Positions 9,948-22,337 of a stretch of DNA of 43,515 bases are shown here, one piece after another. The notes beneath the pieces are model-generated. The model had not been told where the DNA came from. It did not search any database and saw nothing but the letters and a program-made list of their open reading frames with translations. A program made the position numbers and the translations under genes. Every line of letters begins with the position of its first letter. Positions within the stretch are counted from its first letter, which is position 1. The stretch comes from Intoshia linei (Eukaryota; Animalia; Orthonectida): the NCBI GenBank assembly GCA_001642005.1, contig LWCA01000182.1, positions 1 to 43,515 on the forward strand, written 5' to 3'.

Positions 9948-12900
9948 ATGAGGTGTTATTATGAAGTTTTGGGAGTCGAACCTATTGCTTCAACTAAAGA
10001 TATTCAATTTGCGTATAGAAAGTTAGCCCTAAAATACCATCCAGGTTTCTAGTTTATACTCATGGAAAGCCTATTTTATTGTAAATTTTGTTATTAAAAT
10101 TCATTTTTCTATTAATATTATTTTAATATTTTGTTTAAGATTTTATTAAATTAATTTATTGAGCAGAGAGCAACAAATGTTATCGCTCTTATCATCAGTT
10201 TTAACCCTGAATTTGACAATATATTATACATGTACAGAATTGTCACAATTTTGATAAAATTCATAATTTTAAATTTATACTAATTAGATAAAAATCAAGG
10301 AAGTGAGGAATTTCATAAGATTTTCCAAGAACTCCAAAACGCCTATCAAATATTAACGAATGAAAAAGATCGAAGTTGGTATGATAGGAATAAGGAACAA
10401 TTAATGTACATTGGTAAATTACTAAAGATATTATACGCTGTAGTAGATTTTTTATTAGTTAATATTAAGTATAATAATTTTTTTTGTAAAAATCATATTT
10501 GTTGAAATAAAAGTGTGATTATTAATCACTGATCAATAATAAAACTGACAGATTTACCGATTTTGAATAATTTTATTACTAACTATCAAACAAAAATGCT
10601 AGATACCTATAGTATATATATCTATTATAAATATTTCATAGGTACCAATGTTGACGAATTGAATTTTGATTTATATGATATTACCAATACTTCTCAAAAA
10701 GTATAATATATTCAGTCCCGTGTTCAGCTATCAATAGCTCTGATTGAGTTCAAATTGAAATCAAATCAATGACAGCAAAAACCTCTATTTTTTATATGTC
10801 CGTATATAAAAGAAAAATAGTTTGCCGTCCGTTTTGTGTTATTACAATATTAACATTCCTCTGAAAAGTGAAAATTCTTTTTTTGGATGTCGTTTGGACA
10901 TTTACTGGGACTGAAAATATTTAATTTTTTTTTAATTTTTATTATTATTTAGAATTTTTTCAAAATTACCAATTTTATTTTTGAACAATTATGGAAAGAA
11001 GAAAAAAAATATAGACTATCAACAGATGCTGCAAATCTAAGATCAGCTCCAAGTTTTGGAAATTTAAATAGTCCTCAAATTGTTTATTTTACTCATATTT
11101 ATCATTTTAAATATATAAATTAGGACACTGAAAATTTTTATAATTATTGGACATCATTTATATCGAAAAAGTCGTATTTATGGTTAAAAGATGACAAATA
11201 TGGATCAAAAAATGTTTGTAGATTATTCAGACGCAAATATGATCGAGAATTTGCGAAAATTGTAAATAATAATCGTTGCGAAAGAAATGTTAAATTACAA
11301 GTAATTTTTATACGAAATATTTTTACATAGAACAATTCACCATTCTATGTCTATGTCGGAATTAACCAGTGTTTTTTATTGTTTTGTGTCCTTGTCTAAT
11401 ATTTAACGGCGCATTATCAAAAGATAGTAAATCAAATGATCGTAAAAATATACTAATATTAGAATTTATAATTGAATTGGATAAAAAAATATTCTCTGGT
11501 GTCAACACCATAGAATATATCTAATTTTTTTGTAATATGGTTTTTAGGTATAATATGGTATCTTAATATTTCAGTTTTAACTTGGGTCTGTAGATCTACG
11601 ATCAAATATTATCATATATTAAAATTAATATTAACTACGATTATAAAATACGATCAAAAAACTACGATCATGTGATTTTACGATCTTTTGATTTACGATT
11701 AAAAAACTACGATCATTTTATTTTATGATCATTTGAACGGACACGATATTTATCAAGAATTATAGGAAAATTTTTAAATTTGGTAAGCTGTATAAAATAA
11801 AAGGGTAGCAGTCTATTTTATTATAATTTAAATTTTTAAACTTTCCCTCTTTTTTTATTACGTTTTAATTACAAGTTAAGTTATTTTTCTTAAAATTTTA
11901 ATGATTGCTATTGATAGGTAGTATTCGGCTAAAAAATGTTTAAAGCAATTGCATATTGTTGAGTCTGTCATATTCAACCAGGAGACTTGTGTAAATAAAA
12001 TAGTTTCTCTTAGTGTCCGTTTTTTATGTATCGTATTCAGAATCTGCATTGCAGATAGACCCATATTTTACTTTATGTAAAATTCAAGATATTTTGTATT
12101 CATAAATTTTAAATATTTTTTAAACTTTCAATAAAAATTGATGGTGAATTGGAGAATTGGCGATTTGTGGAGAGATTACTGTATTATAAATTATTTTAAT
12201 AATTTAGAAATTTTTGAAAACTCTAATGAAATTAGACCAACGATACCAAAAAATTAAGGTAACATTATTCATTTATTTACGTCATTTTAACAGTTAAACA
12301 AAATTCAATTATTACGTGAAAAGGAAGTTTTATTGATGGAAAAAATGGAAAAATTAAAATTACAAAATAACTGGTATATTTTAATTTGTGTTAAATGTTT
12401 TATTGGTCTTTGCGACGGGTAAAAAAATATTTGTAAAATTTTATCAAATTGAGAAATTGATTTTTATTACGACATATTTCAATTTACATAATTTGATCTT
12501 TTTTTAAGTTTTTATATTATTGGTTTTTAGGATTTACTGTTAATAATATATTTTTCGATAAATAATATTTAGTCATGTTAATAACTACAAAGAGCAAGAA
12601 TGGAGTAAACCCATGTCTGATAATTCCGTATGTGAAGATTCAGGTTTAAATCACTTACTTTACATCGAAAAAGTTGTATTTATTCATATTCAAAGTAAAA
12701 AACTATAAATCCTAACTTATATAGAACTCTAAAATGTTTGTGTCTGTGTTATCGTTTACTTCAATAACCAAGTGTCCTAGAATTTTAAAAAACACAAATT
12801 CCAAGTCAATTTTTCGAGAAGAGTTTTTGTTTAATTGCAAATTTATTTTTCAGAGATGGAACCCTTCAAGTCATAAGCCCCAATTATCCTTTTTTTTTAA

Positions 12901-14448
12901 ATTAAACAAGTTCTTGATCTTAAAAAAATATACACTCCGAACGGCGTCCATATACATTAAAATCATGACCATTAAAATAAATTTTAATTTTAAAAAGGTA
13001 TATCTTCAGGGCTAAATCCCAAAAATAACTGTTGATACAACTTTTTCCATTTAAAATGTTTCAATGTTAAATTAAGCCTTAATGTTCAAAAAAGCAATTT
13101 ACTATTTACCATTTTTTTGAGAAATTTCATTAACAAACAACATTGTAAAACAAAAAATTTGGATTAATTAATTGTTCTAGAATTTAAAAATAAAAAATTG
13201 TTTTGACACGTTTGGGATCACTCCTTTAAAGGATTGATAATAGTGAATAATAACATTTTTATATAAGATTTTATTTTTTGGTAAAATTAAAAAATTCCGC
13301 TCTCGGCGGAGCTTGGTGCTGTTTGTACAAAGTACAAAACAGTCAAGCTAGTAACATATATTCTTGAACGCGGTTGAAGCTTATTAACATTGTTGTAAAT
13401 CTCAGTCTCAGAAACTTTTAATTCAATTAAGAATTTTAATAAACATAAATTCCAGGTCAGATTTTTCTGGGAAGAAAGTAAAATAAATTTCAATTTCAAA
13501 AACTTATATATTTAGGGCTCTCAATAAATTACCCTTTTTTTAAAAAATGAAAATAGTCTCAGAATTTAAAAATAAAAATTAGTATCACAAAATTAAGCCT
13601 TCATGGTTAAAGAAGCAATTTATTATTTACACCTTTTTTTGGGAAATTATGTAATTGACAAATAATTATATTAAATTTTTTGTCCTAGGACCTATGTCCT
13701 AGAATTTGAAAATAAAAATTTTTATAGGATTGGTAATAATGAATAGTAGCATTTTTATGCAAACTTTTATTTTTTTGGTAGAATTAAAAAAGTGCACCCA
13801 AGTCAGAGCTAAGAACCTTTTGTACAATATACAAAACAATCAAGCTAGTTATAACTATATAATTTAATTACAATTAGATGAAATGGTTAATAAATTAAAA
13901 AGATATTGTGACGTATGCAACAAATATTTTAAATCTGTTCCAACGTAATATATTTTATTTATAATATAATTGAATTATAAAGATACAATGCACATTGTAA
14001 ATCTAAAAAACACAAAAATAATATAATAAGCCTTAAAAAATTCATGAGTGATGCAGATTTGCAATGTTTCGATATGGATGTAGAATCTATGGATGAAAAA
14101 GTACCAGAAACAATCGAAACAAATAATAATGTGAAAATAGAAACCTTAAATATCGAAGTGAGTTATCAGAATTAAAAAAATTGTCATAATCCATTATTAA
14201 TAACGATTGACCACAAAAATTCGTCTATTATTTAAAATGACATTTATCATTCACAAATTAGGGTGTCGGGTTCTTTAGACGAAATTGATAATAATGTTCC
14301 CGTATATTTAGAATATTATTTTATTTATTTTTATAAAATTAGGATGTACCTGATTTTGCAAGTGAACCTTATCTCAGTAGAAAAAAGGTATGATATAAAA
14401 ATTTTTATTAAAGATAATGTTTAGAGAAAAAATTTAAGAAAACGTTAG
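9948..14448 (+). CDS. DNAJC21: DnaJ homolog subfamily C member 21 (Jjj1-like 60S maturation J-protein), multi-exon
   Basis: [10 protein letters not shown]...[11 protein letters not shown]|DKN...[25 protein letters not shown]; APSFG...[16 protein letters not shown]; YKEQEW; C2H2 finger [11 protein letters not shown]...HCKSKKH. The 3' exons after 14157 are less certain. Confidence 0.9.
11585..11746. repeat. Array of ~15-bp TACGATC-core repeats, probably a MITE-like element, in a DNAJC21 intron
   Basis: Eight copies of (C/T/A)TA(C/T)GAT(C/T) between 11596 and 11731. Confidence 0.7.
11900..12184 (-). mobile_element. pogo/Tigger transposon relic
   Basis: Minus-strand peptide [16 protein letters not shown] resembles the W..V...TI.NCF motif after the DDE_1 domain. 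TA-CAGTAATCTCTCC terminus at ~12170-12184. Confidence 0.5.
12710..13848 (+). mobile_element. Non-autonomous Helitron with two successive 3' termini (13351 and 13848)
   Basis: 5' A|TCCTAACTTATATAG...TGTTTGTGTCTGTGTTATCG; hairpin GTTTGTAC-AAA-GTACAAAAC + AGTCAAG-CTAG|T at 13321-13351, repeated in diverged form at 13819-13848. Confidence 0.7.
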
Positions 14449-17400
14449 TTAGTCCAATCAATGTAACCTAAATACAAATAAACATTTTGATAATATCAAT
14501 TACCAGCAATACAAGCCGTCATAAAACATGCAATATTACCAGCTAGCATACACTCCAGAGCCAATTTTGAAAAATCTTTACGTCTCTGAGGATGTAATGA
14601 ACTAAGGGCACTTATAAATATACCCATTGAACCCAAATTGGCAAAACCACACAAAGCATATGTCATAATGTTTAAAGATTTTGGCTAAAATTGATTAAAT
14701 TTTATAATCCAAGGTATTACGCTAATACTAATGTTTGGATTTTGAATTGCGCATCCCAATTTTTGAAAGGCTATAAATTCGTTTAAAAATATCTTTAATC
14801 CGATTAATCGACCTGCCAATAAACCATCTTTTATATCAATTCCCATCAATAATGATATCGGGTAAAATGCGTATGAGAATAAGGTCTAAATTTAATTATT
14901 AAAAGAATACATTTCCGTTGTAGATGTGGATAAAATGTCATGCGGACCCTAGCCCCTTTACACGGTCCTGTACAAGATTTCCTTTATCTCTAACAAAACT
15001 TGGATATAATAAACTTGTTTCCGATAAACAATGACAAAAATCTCATTAATTCTTACATTATATTTTTGATTACATCGTTTTGTTGCCTTTATGTATTTAA
15101 GAAAAATATTGCTTTAATTTTATATAACAACTAGGTTGACTGTTATGTACTACGTACAAACAGGACCTATATCTGCCGAGGGCACATTTTTATTCTCCAA
15201 AAAAAATAGATTCACGTTGAAAATCTAACTTAAAATCCTGTTATTCACTATTATCAATTCTTTAAAGGAGTGTGGTTCCTAAGTTTGTTTCAGGTGGAAC
15301 CATCATATCACATTACTTTTTACTGAAAGTGAATTATTCCATTTTAATTTTGTTTTGTTAATATTTGCGTAAAGATTTTAAAAATGTTTGTTATCCCATT
15401 TTTTTAATTTATTAGACAGAATGTAGTTGGAAATAATTGATCTGACTAACGGGGTGCTAAATTTAAAAAAAGTTAAGAAACGCTGTATTTTTTTCCAGCA
15501 TGTAGACTAGATTGTATTGTATTGAATAACAAACAATTATTCAACTTTTTTGTTTACAATTTGTCAAATATATAATTTAAAAAATACAAATTAGTATTTT
15601 GAGGGTATAGGTAAATTAAATCTTTAATTGGACATAATTAGGTACAATGATACTAAATCGATCCTACATATATTTTAATCAATCTATAAGTACTAATTAG
15701 ATTACACTTATTGATTTTATGTATTACTAAAAAAAGTATTATAATATCACCCGTAATGTATTTACTTTTATTTTGATTTTATCTATCAGTTTAGTGGCGA
15801 ATTCTATTATGATAACGGTATTATATCGAAAAAATCGTTACAAAAAAAGTTCAACCAATTTCTACGTACTGAATTTAGCTTTAGCGAATTTTATATTCTT
15901 GTTATCTTGCGTTCCAAGTCATACAATAATGAACATTTAATTCAGCAATGTGTGTGATTCTTAATTATGTACAATACCAAGCCATGTATTTGAGTATATA
16001 TACATTGTGTTCCATGACATTGGATAAATTATTGGGGATATGGAACCCAGTCAAATGGCATCGAAAAAATAGAATTAAATTGACATTTTATATGTTGGGA
16101 TTGATTTGGTTTTTTTATATAATATTTCCAATTGTTTGGTTATTTTTGTATGAAACAAAAAATATACGAAATATTGTAATATGCAGTGATAATTGGGGAA
16201 TTTATAGACATCTTAGACCATATTACTTTCTGTTTATCAACTTGACTGGCTTCATATTACCTTCAATGTATATTTTTATATCAACTGTATATATTATCTG
16301 TCAAATTAAAAAAAAGTTTATAAAAAATTCAAATAGTAGTCAATCTATCTAAAGTCATTATACAAATGTTAAAAATAAAAACAAACTGCCACTATTGCAA
16401 AGAAATGGAAAACAATTTATAAATCAAGTTTCAAAATTGTACTACAATAATTATGATAGGCAAAAGAGTTTGGTTTGTTTCACTTCTCTTGATTGTTTTG
16501 TCATTAATGCTCCACAAAAATTATGTAAACCTAATAAATTTTATAATTCAGTACCACCATCAAAAGTACAATACTCCTTTAATCCGATAAATACATCCAT
16601 TCCATGTAGGAAGAGAAAGACTTGAAAATAACACAATTTATCTATTGATGATTATTTTTATTTTATTCTTTTTTACTTGGCTACCTACTTGTATAATATG
16701 GTTCTAGCAGAGTTATTTACTTGATTTATTTTTACATGGCAAAATTTTTTACTATTTCAGAATATATGCTCATATATCATCTTATGTTTACTCGTGTTTT
16801 AATCCTGTCGTTTATATTATATTTTCAATTAAATATAAAAAGCATTTTATGCGAGTATGTTTTTGTAAATGTTTGTAAATAAATTTTAATTTTTACTATT
16901 AAACGAGTATTTTTAAATCGATTAACTTCAACGTTATAATTTTCAATTTCAAAATTTTATATCTTCACGGCAAAAACCCAACATTACCCTTTTTTCTAGT
17001 TTTCATTCTAATAAATTTTTACACTGCATCAAAATCAATCCAATAAATTATCATTATCATATCACTCTTTCGATTATCAACAACGTCAAGTTCGAGAATA
17101 TAACTTAAACTCCGATAACAGATTAATATACGTAAAACGTAAACAATGATAACAAGCATAACTCAATAAAGGCAATTTGATAGGTTCTAGAAAAATATTT
17201 TAATTTACACAATTTTAATATACAAAATAAAATATTTTAGGGCACATTTGTCACAATAAGGGGGCTAGCGTCTGCACCCACCTAGATCCACTACTGTATA
17301 AAGCAGGTGCCAGTTATGCGGCCCGCGTTATAATATGCAAATTTTTTATACATATTTATATATCTTGATGATTACATTTTAACATTAGTTACACGCTTAT

Positions 17401-20400
17401 TCCCTTATTATTGTTTCTTATTTCATTTTATTAACTATAATTATTATGAATAAATTAAAACTGTTACTTAGTGATTTCAGTAAAGATTTTTTGTGAGACC
17501 CGGGTCAAAATTTTTGTCACATTTGGCCCGCCAAATTCAATCTGACAGCCTTGATCTAGAACAGTGGTTCCAAAACTTATTTTGAATACCATCCAATTTT
17601 AAATAGTAACTTTAAAATAATTTAATATTTTTGTATAATTATCTTTCAAACTTTATTTAAATATTTTAATTATAAATTATTGCATTTGAGGTAATCATTA
17701 TTAAAAAAGTTTGAGAACAACTTTGATAATACATATTTTCAAAGATATGAATATATTCAATGTATGTTATGTATTAATTTATGTAAATTTTTGTTATTTA
17801 TTTTTTAGTGCGCCGCAAAAATAAAAAGTTTGGAAGCACTGCTCTAACTCCTTGTTAACGGAAATTCCATTTTAACGGAATTCATTTTTTCTTAACAAAT
17901 TTTTATAAACCAATAATTTCGTTAATAAAAATTGATTACATTTATTTTATCTCTAAACCTCTATTATCTATTTTAATGACTACCATAAACAAAAACTCAT
18001 TTGACCATTTCATTTTTTATTAATTAAACGTCAATTTATTACATTTTTATCAAATTTTTAATAGATATTAAATTACATGACGTTAATTAGAAATAATTAT
18101 TATCATTGCGGAAATATCATTTTTCACCTTATTTTACTTCTGTAAATAATTTTTACGTATATAATATTCTACCCAATATTTGTTTGTATGTGTGTTACCG
18201 TTTATTTCAACAACTACCAGGTTTACCATTGTATAAAGTTCATATTTCAATTATATTTTTCGGGGTGTTAGCAAAATAAATGTCAACCTCCCAAACTCAC
18301 ATCTTACGGGTCAAAAACCCAAAACCCTCAAAAATCCCTCTTTTTGAAAATCAAACGAGTTGGAGAATTTAAAAAAATATATACTCTGATACGAATTTTA
18401 AAATCATAAACATTATCATATATTAAATTTAAAAAAAAATATATCTTCAGGGCCAAAACACAAAATTACCCCTTTTTTATGAAAACAGTCCTAGAATTTA
18501 AAAAAATTTACAGGTGGTACAATTGTATCCTGTTAACACACACAAAAAATTTCAATTTGAATAAGTGACGATTTCACGATCAAAAAAGCATTTTAGTATT
18601 CATATATTTTTTTCCGAAATATTTTATTAAAACAAAAAATGTGAATAATTTACAGGTCCGAAAATTAAAAAAAAAAATTATTCTGATAGAACTTATTCCA
18701 GTTGATATAAATATTTTTTTTTTGAAATATTTTATTAAAACAAAAAATGTGAAATAATTAACGGTCCGAAAAAGTATAAAAGATTAAAAGTTTAACCCGA
18801 GGAATCTACGCATTCCCGATGAAAAATAATTTTTAATATATTATCAACCAATATTTTTCAAATATTTCGAATTAAAATAAAAATGAAAATGCAAATTGAT
18901 ACGTGTTAGACAGTCTGACTTAGACTGAATAACATAAATAAATGTAAATCTGAAAAATCTTTCGCTTTTTTTAAATTCCCCTTATATATTCTTACCGGTC
19001 CCTGGACGACATCGCCCACCTTGGAACCGCTCTCTAGACAATGTACCTCAAAACATCAGCCTTAAAATTAAAAAATCCACCCTCGGCATAGATAGCGGAT
19101 GTTTATACGAAATACATAACAGTCAAGCTAGTTATAATATCACCGTCAAGATGTCAAAATATATATTATCTGTTCGAATGTGAGTTTACCTAGGATATCC
19201 GTTAAAGCAATTAGATTTAGATTTAAATTAGATTTTAATGTTATGTACCATCAAATACAGCGTACTATGAAAAAGAAATATCTCCAATTTAACATTTACC
19301 TCTATTTTAACTTGAATTCCAATTATACGTTTTGTTGTCCATAAGAAAAGATGATTAAAAAGTGCCAAAATTGAAATAAAAGCTATGAGAGCTGTGGCGA
19401 TACCAAAAATCATTTTTAATGCATTTTCAGCTCCAATTGTTATTGCGTCAAATATTCCATTTCTAAATATTTATATAATTAAAAAATTTAAATAGCATAA
19501 AATATTTCACCCTAAACCCTATTGTTCCTAAATCTCTTGAAAATTAAATACGAAATAAAAATATATTTCAAAATTAATAATCATAATGATGTAGATAATA
19601 AAATGTATATTTCAGTCTTTTGGAGTTTAAGTCGATATAAAGAATATTCTTAATGTATAAATGTGGATTTTCTCTTTTAACGTTACTACATGAAGAATAA
19701 AATTTTACCTAAAACTAACAAAAAATCACCTAATATAAAAATTAAATTTTTTAATTAAATCTACTAATCAGCAGCAATTTCAGTAAACTCTTAGTATATA
19801 ATTTAATAAATAAAAAATCATAAGTATGTAGTCATAAATTATCACCGACAATGTGTAGTAGCGTTTGCATTTTAAACTGTCCAAGAAAAATTTAATATGA
19901 AAATACCAGTATATGATAAAAAAGGGAATCTCTGCCTTCACAATAAAAAAATGATTGCATCACAATTAATCCAATTTTTTCATGCTGAAATAAAATGTAT
20001 ATTTTTTTTGATTGATAAAATTTGATTTTTTCGTATGGTTGGTAAATTGAATTCAGACCGAACATAAAATGGTCCAGACCTCTTGAAAATCAAAGAAAAT
20101 AAAAAACGTGTGAAAACAATCTGCAATACCAAATACCATTAGTCAATTCTCAGCGGGTATGTACTTGAAAGTTTAGATTTATTGTAAAAGATACACACAA
20201 CACAAATTGTATTGTAATTCTAAAATGAAATACTCAATTTTCAAAAATGAAGCCTCGATTTTACCTCTTAGAGGTTTCTAGACTGGTCTTCAGTTACAGT
20301 AGATTTGGCTCTGATTTGATTAGTGAAATAAAGTCAAATAAATCTATTCTTATAAAAAATCTTACGTATTGAGTAAAACTAGAATGATAAACTATTAAAT

Positions 20401-22169
20401 TAGAATTTACGGTTTTTCCATTTTTTTTCTGCTTTGTAGTGAATCTTTGCGACATGATTTCGAAATAATTTCAGATTTTGTCTGTTTGTCGTCCGGATAC
20501 AAAATTTTTGAAGCTATAATAGATGCTGGTATACTTGTCACTGAAGCAGTTATCAAATGAGCCGCACTCATCTAAATTTCGAAATAATGAAAACGTTAAA
20601 AATAAAACCCCAAAACTAACATAAACAATCATTATACTACCAGCAATAGTTGAAAATCCAACTGTCATAATCAAATGTATTTGAGACAGAGATAAGTAAG
20701 CTAAACTATGGTTTACAATTAATGGAGATTCAGTCTAAAGGTGTATAATTTGAAAATATTAAATTATTCAAAAAATACCATTCCTAAAAAAACATTGGCT
20801 ACAGCCACTGTCGCTTCTTCACCAGAAATTTGCATAGTATTTCTCATTAAACTTGCAATTTTGGATACGAAATATTGAATAATATTCATATAGGTACAAA
20901 TTGAAAATATAGCACTGAATGTTATAATTACTGGGAGAATCTAATTTATTTTAAAAAGATAATCAAACACTTACCAAAAACGCAAAATAGTGCTCATTGT
21001 AACTGCCAAAAACCATGCGAGAACCTTCTTTAGTAAACTCAATAACCAAAGTCAGTCGATCTCCAATATCTTGAAGAAAACTATTTCCTTTCGTAAGAAA
21101 AATTGCTATTAAAAATTGAAGGCTTATTCCCCAAAATATTGTAACAATATTTATCTAAAATTAAATAATTTTTATTTTTAAAAAATTACGTCTTTTCTAG
21201 AATGACTTTTGAGGAATAACAACAAAAGGAAAACGCAGTATCCAACAAGAGAAACAAAATTGTAATATTTTTTTAAAATTAGGTTTATAGAAATTGTATA
21301 AATAATTACAATTATACAAATAATGATAGGTATGATGCTAAATATAAATTTTAAAATTCCATTTCCACGAATTTTTTGAAAAGATATGTATAAATTAGTT
21401 CTACATTACTAATAATTGAGAAAATAAATTTAACCAAACCGAAGATAAAATCCATCAATCTTATAAAAACAAAATAATTTTGAATAGACCCATTAAACAT
21501 TTAATAAAATAAAAAAATTATAAAAATCATCAATTTTTAACTGAACACCAGGGCTAAACGAGAATTCAAATTCAAAATTAATTTTTACTTTAAAAAGTAT
21601 ATTTTTGATTTTATAGTATATAAAAAAATTCATCAAAATTTAAAATGGGCGGTACAAGTGTAAATATTACCTTATTATTTTCGATCTATTCAAATTTTTA
21701 CAAAATGAAAATTTAACATTTGGTGTGTTAAAGTAATGACCAAATCTAATTTTGAGTCGTGCCATATAAAAGAATTTTTTATTGGTAATATCGAATAAAA
21801 TTAACAATCCAAGTATTATGATGATTATGGCCACCACATTTTCTTGCATTTGAGTCAAATATTTGTCATTCAGAGAAATTTTGTTATTTTTAAGTTTTGT
21901 GTTAGAATCAAGTACACATGATAAATTGTACTTGTTTTCTATCATATTTTCGAAATTTTTCAGGTACGTTAGAACGATAGAAGTGGAATTGGACGACGTG
22001 GCGACGTACAAAAAACTGTACTGTACAGAGACAGCTATCAGAAAGACTATCAACATTATACATGTTACAAGGTAAATTTTTCGTGGTTGTGGTTTCTTTT
22101 CAACTTCTGTGACAGAAGTCAGGTCAATTTTTTCCTACAAATAAAGATGAGCAATTATCAAATTACCAT
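14445..22169 (-). CDS. Concentrative Na+/nucleoside cotransporter (SLC28/CNT family), multi-exon
   Basis: WGISLQF, GSRMVFG...HYFAFLILPVIITFSA, ANVFLGMTESPL, IMTVGFSTIAGS, AHLITASVTSIPA..SKILYP, LIGLKIFLNEFIAF, TYALCGFANLGSMGI, AGNIACFMTACIAG. The first coding exon is the ATG alone (22169-22167). Largest intron 14886-19299. Confidence 0.93.
15131..15425 (-). mobile_element. 3' fragment of the same Helitron family, reverse orientation
   Basis: A|CTAGGTTGACTGTTATGTACTACGTACAAACA... aligns as the reverse complement of ~8845-9180. Confidence 0.7.
15740..16878 (+). pseudogene. Intronless rhodopsin-class neuropeptide GPCR pseudogene (galanin/allatostatin-A/kisspeptin receptor-like), antisense within the CNT intron
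   Basis: TM1-2 SLVANS...STNFYVLNLALANF..LLSCVP; TM3 MC..LNY.Q...YLSIYTLCSMTLDK; TM5 GFILP; TM6 FFFTWLP; TM7 FRIYAHISSYVYSCFNPVVY. In-frame stops at 16350 (TAA) and 16705 (TAG); frame changes near 15760, 15940 and 16610. The 5' boundary is approximate. Confidence 0.8.
17562..17841. mobile_element. hAT-type MITE
   Basis: Terminal inverted repeats CAGTGGTTCCAAAACTT / AAGTTTGGAAGCACTG; TSD poorly conserved. A second decayed hAT-like element abuts it at ~17303-17553. Confidence 0.55.
18150..19131 (+). mobile_element. Non-autonomous Helitron copy in the CNT intron
   Basis: 5' region (TATATAATATTCTACCCAATATTTGTTTGTATGTGTGTTACCG) matches 7425-7470; 3' ...TACATAACAGTCAAG-CTAG|T ends at 19131. The 5' TC is eroded. 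Confidence 0.65.
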
Positions 22170-22337
22170 TAATCTTTAGAAGGAATGATAAAATAAATAA
22201 TGAAACTCGTTTAATTCTATTAGTGATGATGTTATCTGTATATCAGTATCAACTAAATAGAACATGATGCAGTTCCATATACAATTAAAATGGGTCAAAG
22301 GGATCTTAGAGTTTATTTTGTACAATTTTGTCATTTA

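Noticed and set aside
10713-10914. Possible MITE with CAGTCCC/GGGACTG ends (similarly 24400-24633)
   Set aside because: Inverted match is only 7-9 bp with no clear TSD or second copy, too weak to list as a feature.
16350-16707. In-frame TAA and TAG in the GPCR as evidence of stop-codon reassignment or readthrough
   Set aside because: Conserved genes here end in TAA or TGA at their expected C-termini and contain no internal stops; the GPCR also has frameshifts and a deletion, so pseudogenisation explains it.
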